Shown: piece by piece, positions 13,879-26,769 of the stretch
Position numbering within the stretch: position 1 is the first letter of the stretch
How the letters are laid out: each line of letters starts with the position of its first letter
NCBI GenBank assembly: GCA_004431415.1
Contig: QPMI01000133.1
Coordinates: 124,001 to 188,000 of the forward strand
DNA from: Cyanophora paradoxa CCMP329
Lineage: Eukaryota; Plantae; Glaucophyta
Length of the DNA stretch: 64,000 nucleotides
Reading direction: 5' to 3'
Program-made: the position numbers and the translations under genes
The notes under the pieces: model-generated
Databases searched by the model: none
What the model was told of the DNA's origin: nothing
Seen by the model: the letters and a program-made list of their open reading frames with translations, nothing else

Positions 13879-16800
13879 ATGGGGAAGGTACTCGCCATGG
13901 ACGCTCTCGCGTGGAGAGACATCAGCTACGAGGTCGCGCTGCCTGGAGGGCTTTTTGAAAGGAACAAACAGGCGGCGGCCAAGCAGATCCTGCGCGACGT
14001 GTCAGGCTTCGCCCGCGCGGGTGTGCGACGAGCTGCGCGTGCCGAGCCCTTCGGCCGTTTTCTTACGTGTACCGCGTGCAGGCGAGATTCTGGCCATCAT
14101 GGGTCCCTCCGGCAGCGGGTACGCGCCGCCATTACGGCGGCATAGCGAGCAGCGAAGGAGCGCGCTTGACGCCCGCTCGTTCGCAGGAAGAGCTCCTTGC
14201 TGGACATTCTCGCGTCTCGCAAGGTCCTTTCCGCTACGCGACCGCATGCTTTCCTTCCCGACGCCCGCAGCAGAACACGGGCAAGGTCACGGGAGAGATC
14301 CTGCTCGACGGAGCGCCATGCGTGACGACCGCGACGCGGGCGGCGAGCGGCTCTGTCAGCCGCGCGTACGCGCGCAAGTCCGCGTACATCCTGCAGGTCC
14401 GCTTCACATCCGCGCGGCACGTTCCCCCGCGCTTCCGCCGAACATTTGATCCGCAGGACGACACGCTTTACGAGCACTTGACAGTGCGGGAGACGCTCGT
14501 CTTCAGCGCGCAGCTGCGGCTCCCGGAATCGCTTCCGAGCGTGGAGAAGCTGAAGCGCGTGGACGAGGTCATGCGCAGCCTCGGCATCGAGAAGGTCGCG
14601 GACACGAAGGTCGGCGGGCCCTTCGTGCGCGGCGTCTCCGGCGGTGCGTTCCCGCGCGGCCGACGCTTTTCGTCGTCTACGCTGAGCGACGCGCGTACGC
14701 AGGCGAGCGCAAGCGCGTCTCCATCGGCTGCGAGCTCCTGAAGCAGCCGCTCCTCCTCCTGCTCGACGAGCCGACGAGGTTCGCGCGCGTGTACCCCGCC
14801 GCCCGCCCGCCCCCCTCCCCGCGCATCTTCCTCTCGAACCCGCCCGCAGCGGCCTCAGCTCGTCGGACGCCCGCACGGTCCTAAAGATCCTCCGCACCGT
14901 CCGCGCCGCTGTACCCCCCTCCGTTCCTTCCCCCCTGTTGACCCCCTACCTCCAGATGGCGGCCTCGGGTCACGCGGTCGTGACGACCATCCACCAGCCC
15001 TCCGCCCAGCTCTACACGTGCGCGTGCCCCCCTTGGCGGGGTACGGGATACCCCCTCACGTCCGGGTACAGGATGTTCGACCGGGTCATGCTTCTCTCTT
15101 GCGGCCGGGCGGCCTATTTCGGGCCGGCCCGCCGCGCCGTGTCTCATTTCGAAGGCCTCGGCATCTCCAGCGGGCTCCAGGCGAGTCTATTTCTCCTGCT
15201 GTACCCCCTTCCTGTTTTCTTACGTACCCCCTCTCCTCAGATGAACGCGGCCGAGTTTCTGCTGGACGCCGTCTGTACCCCCTACCGCTCCTCGGGGAGC
15301 TCCTCGCCCCGGTCCCCCCAATCGAAGAACGCCATCGTCGTCAAGCCTACGAGCTTGGTACCCCTCCCGCGCTCCTTCCCCCCTCGCCGCCTTCTCAAAC
15401 CTTATTTTCGCCGCAGGACGGCGATCGCGATCGGGACCCTGAGACGGTGCGGGTCGTCGAGGTCGTCGAGGATCTGAGCTCGGTACCCCTCCCGAGCCTT
15501 TGCCGACCCCGTACCCCCTCGAACCGTCCTCCTAGGAGCCGGCGGCGGAGAAGGACCTCGTCGAGACGGCAACGACGCTGGCGGAGCGGTTCGCCGCCTC
15601 GGCCGCCGGGCACGAGGCCGCCGCCGAGGCGCGCCGTACCCCCCTCGTCCTCCCACCCCCTCCTTCGCATTCCTCTTATCGCTCGCAACCACAGCTCGAG
15701 TCTCTCGCGCCGCGGGTCCCCAGCTCGACGCCCGCCGCCCTCTCCCCCACGACCCCCAAGTGACCCCTACCCCCCGCTCCACGCTCCCGTACCCCCCTTC
15801 TCAGCTGACTCTCCTCCTCCTAGGACCTCGCGGACGTCGCGCTACGTCGTGTCCCGCCTGACTCAGATCCGCGTCGTGGCCCGCCGGGACTTCATCATGT
15901 GGCTCCGCGGTGCGGGGGCCGGGATCCCCCCCGCCCAGCAGCCCATCCTCACCCTCCCCCTTCCCCCCTCCAGACCCGAACCTGTTCCTGGCGGTGGTCT
16001 TCCAGGGCGTCTTCCTGGGGATCCTGGCGGCGTCGAGCTCGCGGGGGGCGGGCGGGGCGACCACGGAGATGATGCGCTACCAGCTCCTCTTCTTCCTCGC
16101 CGTCATGGTGCGTCCGCCCTTGTTCTTAAGAATTCCTAAGAGAAATCGCACAAGAATTCTTAAGAGAAATCGCACAAGAATTCTTAAGAGAAATCGCACA
16201 AGAAGTACTAGAACTCTTAGAAGGGACCCTTCTTGGTTCGTAGTCGTAGTAGTACTTGGTTAGTTATCTGAAGAGCGAGCTTCTCTGAGAGCTCGAGGTG
16301 AAGCACTAGCTAGCTCTAGCCGCCCTCTACCAGAAGCCCGCTATATAGCTACGCTCCTCCTCTTCTTCCTCGCGTCATGGTCCGCGTTCTTATCAGAAGC
16401 CGTCTGTCAGAAGCCGCGCCTGCGCAAGCCCCGCCCCCAAAGTAACCAACCCACGCCCGCCCTAACTAACTAACGTTGCCCCCCTCGCAGATCGTGTTCA
16501 GCTTCTTCACGTGCATGGACCCGCTGATCCGGGAGCGCGGCCTGCTGCACCGCGAGCACGCGGCGGGGGCCTACTCCGTAGGCGCCTTCTTCACCGCGAA
16601 GACGGTCCGCCCTCCGCCCGGAATCCTTCGTTCCCGGGCCTTTGTAGGAAATGGAGCAGACGTGGAAGACATATCCTAAGGATAGGCGGATAGGCGGCAT
16701 GTCAGCGTGCCTTGCAACGTTCCGCCGCCCAGCTCCCTCCCTCCCTCCCTCCCTCACGCGCCCCCCGCCCCCGCCCCCGCCCCCTCCACGCAGATCTCGA

Positions 16801-17707
16801 GCTTCCTGCAGTACTCCGTCTCCAACATCCCTTTCGCCCTCAGTGCGCCCCGCCCCGCCCCGCCCGCTCAGATCGCATCTGGTCCGATCCGATCTGATCT
16901 GATCCGACCTGACCGGCCCCGGCAGTCTGCATCTATCTCGGGAACCTGAACACGAGCAGCGGGGCCGTCGGATGTGCGCCGCTCCCTTCCTGCCTGCGCT
17001 CAAGCTTACGCTCTGCCTGAGCCCCGCCTGAGCTCCTGAGCTCACTTGTCCCCCCCCCCCCCCCTTGCCCCTTCAGACTTCGTGCTCTGGACCGTCGTCG
17101 TGAGCAACTGCTGCGCCGCCCTTACAGAGTTCTGCGCCGCCATCTCCAAGAGTCCGTACCCCCCGCGCTCTTCTTCCCCCTGCTGTTATTTACATGTACC
17201 CCCTCCAGACATGGGGCTTGCCTTCCTCTGGTCCAACGCATTCATGGGCTTGGCGTTCATGTTCGGCGGGTTCCTCGTACCCCGCCACCAGATTCCCGCC
17301 TACTGTGCGCCACGCCGTACCCCCCTTGCCCTTCCCCCCGGACTCCAGCCGACTTTACCCACAGGGATCTGGATCTACTACACTTCGTTCTTCACTTACG
17401 CGTTCAGCGGAGTGATGGTGCGGCCGATGTACCCCTCCCCGTCCGTCCCTGCCCGGCCTGAGGCGGGGGTACAGGTGAACGAGTTCCATCGCCCGACGAA
17501 CGTCGGCGAAACCCCCCCGCTCGAGCTCTTCGGCCTCGTCGACGTGCCCGTCATCGGCGACAAGCGCGTACTCCCTCCGAAAGCCCCGTACCCCCTCCTA
17601 ACTTCGTTCGCAGGTGGGCTGACCTCGGGATTGTGTGTATCTTCTGGGCCGCCTTTCGGGTCTTGACGTGGGTCGCCCTGCGCTACCTCCACAAGGAGCG
17701 CCGCTGA
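13879..17707 (+). CDS. ABC transporter, G family (White-like half transporter), multi-exon
   Basis: ILRDVSG; Walker A EILAIMGPSGSG|KS; QDDTLYEHLTVRETLVFSAQLRLP; signature GVSGG|ERKRVSIGCELL; Walker B LLLDEPTS|GL; TTIHQPS; C-terminal ABC2 membrane domain (FMFGGFLVP, WIYYTSFFTYAFSG) ending ALRYLHKERR*. Confidence 0.92.
16128..16204. repeat. 24-bp tandem repeat x3 (AAGAATTCTTAAGAGAAATCGCAC) inside an ABCG intron
   Basis: Three near-identical consecutive copies read directly. Confidence 0.9.
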
Positions 17708-18609
17708 GCGCCGGCGGGCGGTCGCGTATATTAGCCGAAACTTCGTTCTAACGCTTATTGCTACTCTACTTCGTTGGTAGATGCACAGTGGTAGCCTGTG
17801 CCCCAACCCACGGGCCCCGGCGCGCTGGACCGTCGGATTCTCATGAGGCGCTACTCCGCTTTCCCAACAGGCTAGGAGGCCCTGAGTCATTGATCACATT
17901 ACTTTAGTACGTTTACATAACTTGTAGTAACTTACATTTTAGAATACAAAACTATATATTTGCAGCCCGGCCCGTTCAATGAACGAGACTCCTGTTTAGA
18001 CTTATAAAATTAGGCCCAGGCCTAGGACCGAAGGAGGTTAGTTCGGACCGGAGCGCGGCTGCAGGGCACATGGAGGCGCTGCATGTGTAGAGCCCCCGGG
18101 CACGGATCCCGGAGCTCGAGCCTCGCCGAGTCGGAGCCGACGTGTACGCACATGTACGTATACAGCACCAGATCTAGAGCCGCCGGGGGCACTGCGCGAC
18201 GGCGGCGCGGCGACGTCGCCGAGTCGACTGCGGCACACGGTGGATGCATTTGTCAGGCAGCTGCAGCGCAAGCGCGCGGGACGGGCGGCTGGCAGCGCTG
18301 GCTAGCGCGCAGATCTAGAGTGGCGCGGGAGAAGCTGAGACGTGAGGGATCGAAGGAACGTCAGAGGTCAGACCTCGAGCTCAGAACGTGATGCGTTCGG
18401 CCATTGGGTCAGCAGGGTCCAGACGTCAGGAAAGCGCCAAAGGGCCGGGGTAGTCGCACACTCGCACTGTCGCGCAGTCGCAATGTGGCAGTGTCGCAAG
18501 AAGTCCGGGGTACACGCTCACTCCACCAGTTCCAGCTTCCGGGCCGTTCGCGGCGGGTTCAGCAGCTGTACACGTTCGTTCGCATCCCAGTGTCCTCGCG
18601 GTTAGCAAG

Positions 18610-21100
18610 ATGCCGAACCTCCCGCCGATCTCGCCTACCGCAACCATGCGCGATATCTTCGACGTGCGCGCGCCCCAGCGCGGCGCTGTCGCCGTTGCTA
18701 ATAGTCGGTAACGCTCAGTACTGCAACAAGCTCGGGATCCCCTCTCTCGCGCAAGGTTCGGTCGCTCGGGCGCTTAGTTTTCTGCCGGGCGAGCCTTCCG
18801 GCTTTGCTCCGGGGATTCTGCTTCCTAGTTCCTCAGGCTCTAGCGCCGAGCCGCGCCGAGGCGCTCGCTCGGGGCCGACTCCTCGCCGCTTCGTCCAGGC
18901 ATGATCGAGCTGCCGCCGCCCCTCCCGCTCCGCAAGCTCGCGGCCGAAGTGGCGCTCTCCGAGAAGGTTCATACCTACCGCAACCGCTTCGGCAGCCCGG
19001 AGGTGAGGGGGAGGCGGCGCCCGCCCGCGCACGCGCTTTTGATCCCGCCGGCAGTACCGCGAGGCCATCCGCAAGCTCCTGAGCCGCCACTACCACTGCA
19101 ACGTGCCTGTTGAGGCCATTCTGGCGACGCAGGCGCGCCGGCGCACGCCCCCCCGCTCGCCCGCCCACCGCCGCGCCCGTGCTGAGCGCGCCGCGGCGCA
19201 GGGCGTGAGCGGCGGCATTCTCTCGTCCCTGCTGCACTTCAAGAGCCAGGGCAAGAAGCGCGCGGCGCTGGTTGAGCCTTTCTACACGTACCACATCAAG
19301 CAGGCCCGCCCGTTCTCGATCCGACCGGCCGGATCGAATTTGATCCGCGCCGCAGATCGACCTCGCGTTCCGCGAGTACCCCGCGATCATCAAGAGCAAG
19401 GAAGATTTCAGCCCTGACTGGGATCAAATCTGCGGCTCGCTCAGCGGCGCCCCCGGCTACGGTACCCCGCCACCCGCACCCGCCGCCCCGGGGGCTCGGA
19501 TCGCCCCGCCGGCGCTGAGAGCCGTACCCCGCAGAGAAGTGCGACGTGATCATCATGTGCAACCCGGGCAACCCGCACGGCCGCGCCTGGAGGCGGGAGG
19601 AGGTCCTCAGGTGCCGTACCCCGGGCCCGTCTGAGCCCGGGCCGCCCGAACCCCGGTTCGAATCAGGATGGTCGAGGAGACGAAGAAGGCGGACGCCGGG
19701 CTCATCCTCGACGAGTGGTGCGCCGCTTTCGTACCCCCCTATCCGCCCCCCCCCCCTCCCAGCCTTTAACCGTACCCGGCAGCTACGTGGACATGGTGTG
19801 GGAGGGCCAGAAACACTTCACCCCGATGCAGGTCCGGCCCGGCGCCCTCTCTCGCTTCGGCGGCTCCGCTCCCTCTCCTATCCCCGCCCGCCCGCCCGCC
19901 CGCCCGCCCGCCCGCCCGCCTATCCTTTCTCTGCGGCATAGCTTCAGTGGAACGGACCCTTTTGGCTCAACTTGACGTCAATGGCGGAGAGTGGCTTCGA
20001 TGGCTTCTATCTTCTAGCGCTAGCCCACCCCCGCCCCTCTAGCTTCCCCGCCCCTCTTCGGCTCGACTTGGCTTGCTCGGCTTAGCCTCACTCGCCGCCC
20101 CCCGCGCCGCGCAGGAGGAGCTGCACAAGCACGTGGTGGTGGCGCGCGGCTTCTCGAAGAACCTCGGCGCCCAGTCCTGGCGCGTCGGGTGCGCTCGAGA
20201 CCCCGCCTTGCCCAGCCTAGCTCTATCTACGTCTAGTCCTGGCGCGTTGGGTGCGCTCGAAGCCCCCGGTCTCGCCCCGCCTTGCCTTGCCTTGCCCAGA
20301 CCTAGACCTAGCCTACTACTAGAGCTAGAGCTAGGCTGAGCTAGAGCTAGCTTGCCTAGCTCTATCCGCCCCGCCCCGCCCCGCCTTGCCCAGACCTACA
20401 TTTACCTATACTACCTAGACTGCCTAGACCTAGACCTAGATTAGTCCTGGCGCGTCGGGTGCGCTCGACGCCCCGTCCCGTCCTGCCCAGGCCTAGACTA
20501 CTGGCCTCGCCTCTTTTCCGCACCAGCGCCAGCCCATGGCCGGCTCCCGCTCGCGGGGCGGCCCGCCCCCGCCTCGGCTGGCTCCTCCTGGCTAGCCTAC
20601 CTCGGGGCCGGCCCGGCCTCGCCCGGGTAGAGCCAGCCTGCCTCGCCCAAAGCAAGCGCCCCAGCCTCCCCTCCCCCTCGGCTTGGCTCCTCCTGGCTCG
20701 CCCCGCCTCCCCCGAAGCGAGCGGGCCTCACCCTCCTCCTCCTCCTGGGCCACCCTAGAGCCCCCCGCCTCTGCCTCACCTCACGCCCCCCCGCGCCAGG
20801 TACGCGGTGTCGCACCCGGCGACGATCGAGGCGATGATGGCCTTCCACGACCCCATCTACATCTCCACGCCCTTCACCCAGCACGCCCTCGCAAAGTGCG
20901 GCTCAACGAAGCTTCTAGGCAGTTGGAAGGGATAGGCTTAGAGAGATGGGCCCCTCCTAGGTCATGGGCGGCTTCCCCCACTCGAGCGGCCTGGCAGGCG
21001 GAGCCGCTGCCCCCCGAGCCGCGCGAGCCTGCTGAGCCCCAGGGGTACAGGTACTTCGACGAGCACTACGAGGACTACGCCGGCCACTCCAAGAGGTCCG

Positions 21101-21131
<31 letters not shown>

Positions 21132-21929
21132 CCCCGCCCGGGGACCGAGGAAGGGCCCCGGGGAGGCAAAGCCTAGCTCTGGCTGGGAGCCGTGGAAAGC
21201 GCACCGCAAGCTAGCTCTAGGAAGCGTGATCACGAGCCCGGGCTCAACGCGCCCCCCCGCCCGCCCGCCCCGCGCAGCTGCGGGGATTTGATCCAGCGCA
21301 ACTGGCGCGTCCTCTCCGTCGCCCTCGAGCGCGCCTTCGGCTGGCGCCCCGTCCAGCCCGAGGTCCGCGTACCGCGTACCCCCCCTTCCTCCCTGAAGCT
21401 AGGGGGGGGGGGGGGGCAGAGCTGGAGCTAGGGCGACGCGCTGCTTGTCGATCCCCTCCCCCCCTTCGTCCCTAATCCTGCACCCCCAGGGCTCGATGTA
21501 CGGCATGCTGCACCACAACTCGAAGACGGACATGGACGCCGTCTCCCTCGCCCTCGCCGACGTACCCCCTCCCCATTTCTCCCCCCTTTTTTTTCTTTTC
21601 TGAGATCGCGCCCCGCGCGTTTACAGGGAGAGGGCGTGGGCGTAGCGCCCGGGCGGATGTTCTACGGGCACTCCCCCGATAACACCGGGTACCCGTCCCT
21701 CCCCGCCTCCACCCCGCCTTCGCCTTTCTCACGGGGTACCCCGCAGCTACGTTCGCATCCACTGCGGCATCGCCGCGGATGTCGCCGACGCGATCGTCGC
21801 GCGCCTCGATAAGGTGCGGACTCGGTGGGATTCGGAGCCGGGGTACGGCGTGCGTGCGGCGCCAAAGTCCCGACTCTTCTCCTGCAGATTGCGGCGAAGC
21901 GCGGGGCGACCAACGGCGTCGCCCACTAG
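18610..21929 (+). CDS. PLP-dependent aminotransferase class I/II, multi-exon
   Basis: Spliced exons give SLAQG, VEPFYTYH, IIMCNPGNPHG, LILDE|YVDMV, the PLP-lysine motif GFSKNLGAQSWRVG|YA, GVGVAPGRMFY and YVRIHCG. Confidence 0.9.
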
Positions 21930-22097
21930 TCGTCCCGGCCCCGTAGCTGTTGTAGTGCCATACATTTGCAAGAGAGCGTCATGGCGTCTCATTTCGTGGG
22001 CCCCCGGGTACCTCACGGGGTGATGTCACGGGTCGATCGGGGTACGGGTGTGTACATTTGAAAGCCAGCAAGCCTGCAGCCGCGCGGACTGTACGCC

Positions 22098-24430
22098 ATG
22101 CATACGGAAGCGCTTTCTTGTGCTGCCATTCCAGCGGAGTGCTCGAAGCGCTCGCGCGTCGCCGAGCCGGCTGCAGCGGCGGCCTCGCCCGCGCAGGACG
22201 CGGGAACCTTCGGCTTCGATGCGCTCCCAGACGACGTGATGAGCGCCTTGTTCAAGTCGCTCGGTGTGTATGAGTGCTGGCCCTTGCGCGGCGTGTCCAG
22301 GTTTGAAAATTCTAGATCCGCAGCTCCGCTGCCAGCGCGCGCGCGGTTCCTAACGACGCGGCGGATCGCAGGCGATGGCGCCGGGTGATTCAGGAGACCG
22401 AGTGGGGGCTCGGCTGGATCCTCAACTTCCGGCTGGCTGCCCGCAGCACGGACGCCGACGACCCGCCCGCGTCCGCGAGCTCGGCCGCGGAGGACATGGC
22501 GGCTCTTCTTGAAGAAAGAAAGCTGCGGTTCGCTCGAGGGAGCGAGTTCGAGCTCAGGCTCGAGCTCCTCTCCCCCGATTGCAAGTCGCTCCCGCGCGCT
22601 CTCGCGGCGGCCTGCCGAATCGTCGCCGCCATCCCGCGGCCGCGCAAGATGACGGTCGAGCTCTTCCCGGCATACCCGTCGGCGAAAGGACGCAGCTCGA
22701 TCGACAGCGCCACCAACGCCGCCGTCGCCGCCGGCGTCGTCTCCGCCTTCCTGCTCGGAATGCTCCGAGCGCTGCGGCCGGTGGATCCGGACGGCGCGGC
22801 CGGCGGCAGCGGCAGCGGCCTGCAGAGCCTCAAGCTCGGCTTCCTTCCGCTGGACTGCGCGTACACGTACACGGAGCAGCAGCCGCTGCCGTGGCCCCCG
22901 GCCGACGAGCTGCGGGCCGCCCTCGCCCCCTTCGGCGACCTGCGCTCCCTCGACCTGTGGTTCCCGGGCGCCGCGGTCGGCGCGGAGACGGCCGCCGCCA
23001 TCGTCGCCGCCTGCCCCCTCCTCCGCTCCGTCAGCTTCCGCCCCTGCCCCATGGAATCGCCGGCGGTCTTCATCGAGCTCGGCCGCCTCGCGCACCTCCG
23101 GAAGCTCGTCGTCCTCCTCCGAAACTACTGGGAGTCACGGCGCTGCGCGGGCGGAATCGCGGCCCTCGCCGCCGGCCCCGCCGGCGCGAGCCTCAGGCGC
23201 ATCGCTTTCTACCACTGCATCCGCGTGTACGAGTGCGTTCCCGGCGCTCTCGTTCGGCGTACAGTACGTAAGTAATGCTTCGAGCGCAGCTGCAACTGGT
23301 TCCCCCGGCGACGCCCGGAAGCCCTCGCCGAGAGCTGGTGCCTCTCCGACGACGACCTGCTCGCCCTGGGCCACCTCCCAGCCCTCGAGTCCGCCTCCCC
23401 GCTGCTCGTGCGCCGCCCGCCCTCGCTCCCCTCCCTCAGATCTCTCTCTCTCAAGTCGAGTCCCTCTCTCAGATCGACGCGGGCGTCGGCGGCGTGGACG
23501 CGGCCTCGATCCTCGCCCTCGGCCGCGCGGAGGGCCTCCGCGAGCTGGCCCTGGAGTTCCAGATGGGCGCCGCGCCCGCCGACCCCGACCGCGCCCTCGA
23601 GGCCCTCGAGGCGCTGGGCGGCGCGCTCGAGGGCCTCCCCCGCCTCGCGTCCCTCAAGCTCAAGCTGGTCGTCGGTGAGTGGGCCGCGGCCAGTCCGTAA
23701 ACCGCCGCCCGCCCGCTGCTGATCCTCCGTGCGTGCAGGCGTGGCCTACCTCGAGAACGCTGACGACTTCGCCGCTCTCTTCCGGAGCCCCGGCGTCTCG
23801 CGGGCCCTCGCCGAGCTGGAGCTGCACGTGCCCCGGGACGTGGGCGAGGCGGAGGCCGCGGCGGTCGCGGCGCTGCCGGCCCTCCGCCGCCTGGTCCTCG
23901 GGTGCCGCGCCGCCTCCGATGAGGCCCTCCGCCCCTTCGAGGTCCGCCCGCCTCCCCCTCGCCCGTCCCCGCCCTCCTAAAGTCCTCCGACGGCGGCGGC
24001 GGCCGAGGGCCGCCGACTCCTGCGCCCCGGCCCCGCCCTCTTAAACCTTAGCTTCTTCCCCGCCCCCCTCGCCCTAAGCCTCCTCCGACCGCCCTCTTCG
24101 AATTCCCCGCCCCCAGATCCTCCTCTCCTCCCCGGCGGGGAGGGCCTCCCCGCCTCCCCTCCCCCTCCCCCGCCCCGGCCCCGCGCGCCCTCTAAGCCTT
24201 AGCTTCCTCCGCAGATCCTCCTCTGCGGGGAGGGCGGCCTGCGGCCGGAGGCGGACCTGGAGCTCCGCCTCGACCTCGACGAGAGCTTCCGCGGGGCGGC
24301 CGCCGCCGTCGACGAGCTGCTGGCGCGGCGCCCCGTCCCGTGGCGGCGCGGGGCCAGCGGTACCCCCCTCTAGAACCTAGAACCCTCCTCCGACCTTCTC
24401 CGCCCTTCCCTCGTCGAGCTATACCTTCGA
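22098..24430 (+). CDS. F-box-like / degenerate LRR host protein, multi-exon; end approximate
   Basis: F-box-like FGFDALPDDVMSALFKSLGVYECWPLRGVSR|RWRRVI, followed by LRR-like segments LQSLKL, LRSLDL, CPLLRSVSF, LAHLRKLVV and LPRLASLKL. Confidence 0.6.
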
Positions 24431-26109
24431 AACTCGAGAATGATCGGGTAGCGAGATTCGAGCAGTGCCCGAGCGGGGGGGGGGGGGGGGGAGGGGGGGG
24501 CGAGAGAGGAGGGGCATGGATCTCGTGGGGGTACCAGGGGTCAGGGGAGGAGGGGAGGTAAGACGCGCTTGGCGGGCGAGGTGGGGTAGGGGAGGACGCG
24601 GAGGAGCTCGAGCCCAGCGCGGCCTGCGCAGCCTGAGGGGGGAGAGAGGGCGAGGGGGCGGGGAAGGAGGAGGGGGGAGGGGGAGGGGGAGGGGAGGGGG
24701 GGGGGGGGGGATGCCGAACATATCTGATCTTGATCATCTTGCGGGCTGCGGCCGGGGGGGAGCCTCGCGGAATTCGAAGGATGCCATCATGTCACGGCCG
24801 ATCTGCAGCTAGCGCTTAAGCAAGGTTAATTATAAGCAAAGCTTAAGCAGGCCCGCGTCGACGTCGGCGATTGCGAGCCGCGATCGGAGGGGCCGCGGGG
24901 GAGCTGATCATGAGAAGGCAGCTGCAGCTGCAGGCAGGGCTGATCCTGATGCGGTTCGAGGCGAGCCCCTGGAGTCCGACGGTCCGGGTCGCCGCTCGGT
25001 CGCGATGACCCCGGCCCGGCCCTCGCTGCCCCCAACGTTAACATCAAATTTAAACGGGTCCCCTCAGGCTGGAGCTTCCCCGCGCCGGACGGGGCCCGAA
25101 GGGGCTTGCCGCCGATCCAGGTGCTCCGGCCCCGAATTCGAATACGATATCGATCAATATCCAGCGCCGGGGTCGAGGCCCGAGCTCGGCGGCCCAGCGT
25201 CTTCCTCTTCGATTAATATTTTGATCGATGATTGCAGCTGCTAGGATGATCCAGCGCTGGTCATGATGTAATGACTCATCATCAGTGACTCACGATCATG
25301 ATCGAGAAGTGATCGTGATTGTGATCAATATCATATAAATAGCTATATATACTATAGGTGTTTTAAAACGATATCGATCAGTATCGCAGACTGGTAGTCG
25401 CCACCTAACTAATTATAAAACGACAATATTAATTGCAATTTGACACATCGGAGTCTACTTGCAATCGGGCACTTGCACGCTCTCTACATACAATGACGAT
25501 CTTCCAATTCAAACGACGGTTTGCAATTGCAACTGAGTCTAGAGCGACTGACTGCCCGGCCTAAGCTATAGCACTGTGACACATCGGAGTCTACTTGTGC
25601 ACGTCTATATAGCTACATGCAATTATGCATACGATCTTCCAATTCTAATGTTTGTAACTGATCATGAGCCTAGCGCATGCGCAACTATATATCTTTCTAG
25701 CTAGAGCTCTAGCCTAGTAGCACCTCATGAGTCCGCCTATCTCAGTCTGCAAAAAGAGCGCCTCACGATCATGGCATGCATCGATAATTATACAATAGAC
25801 AACGCGGGCTTATATAATTAGCCAAACTTCAGTACTGGTGCACACTGATGCAGATTCAGATTCTGGCGCGTTCACACGTTCATGCACTGACTGCAAAAAG
25901 AACAACTACTGTTCAACCGGGAACTGCGACCCCCGGCCCGCGGCCGCAGCCTCGAAACAAACCGAAGAAAAAGAGCAACTTGCCAGCTGCAAAAAAAAGA
26001 ATTTGAATTCGAGAACGCATGCTACGGTAACTAGTACTATAGCTAGCTATAGATCTAAACCAAATGCGTATGAGATCTCATAGCTACATATATAGTACAG
26101 CCAATTAAC

Positions 26110-26769
26110 CTAGACCCACATGGTAATGTACTCGCCGGGCACAGGCGAGCTCGCGCTCGCGGCACGGCCCAGAGCTGGGATGAAGACGCCCGTCTCCTCG
26201 GCGATGCGCTGGGCCGCGGCTGCCGCCTCCGACGCTGCCGCGGGGCGCGGCTCGGCCCGCGAGAGCCTAAGCCACGCGAGCGCCTCGAACGGGCGCATCC
26301 CGAAGCGCGCAAAGGCGTCGCGGGCGGCGCGGAGGTGCCGGAGGCGTCTGTTTGGCGCCAGGCCCAGCCGCTCGGCGCGGGCCAGCTCGACGAAGGGGGC
26401 GAGCGTGGGCAGGCGCCGCCGCCGCTCCTCCTCGATCATGGCGACCACCTCGTCCGCGAAGCGGTCCGCATTCTTTGAGGCGAGGGCGAGGCCCTCCAGG
26501 TCCTCGGCCTCGGCGTCGGCCGCGGCCGCGGGCCGCGATCCCGAGCCCGGGCCCGGGCCCGAGCTGTCGAGCGGGAAGACGGCCCCTCTCGGGATCGACG
26601 GCGGCCGCGGCCGCGGGCGAAGGCCGAAGAAGCCGGCGATCCGCGAGCCGAGGCCGGGCGGCCGCCTCTGGCGATCGCGATCGGCCGCCTCGGCCCTCGC
26701 CGCCGCGAGCGCCGCCCGCGCCTGGGCCCGCGACGCGAGGGCGTACTCCACCACAATCGCCGGGAGCAC
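26110..26769 (-). CDS. Host hypothetical protein (exon)
   Basis: 219-aa Ala/Arg-rich ORF with GC-rich, host-like composition between AT-richer flanks. No recognisable motif. Confidence 0.35.
   Translation of the reverse strand: MLPAIVVEYALASRAQARAALAAARAEAADRDRQRRPPGLGSRIAGFFGLRPRPRPPSIPRGAVFPLDSSGPGPGSGSRPAAAADAEAEDLEGLALASKNADRFADEVVAMIEEERRRRLPTLAPFVELARAERLGLAPNRRLRHLRAARDAFARFGMRPFEALAWLRLSRAEPRPAAASEAAAAAQRIAEETGVFIPALGRAASASSPVPGEYITMWV

Noticed and set aside
2887-24710. Poly-G/C tracts and (GATCT)n or CTAG-rich runs
   Set aside because: These are intronic or intergenic simple sequence, common throughout the host part. No specific role can be supported.
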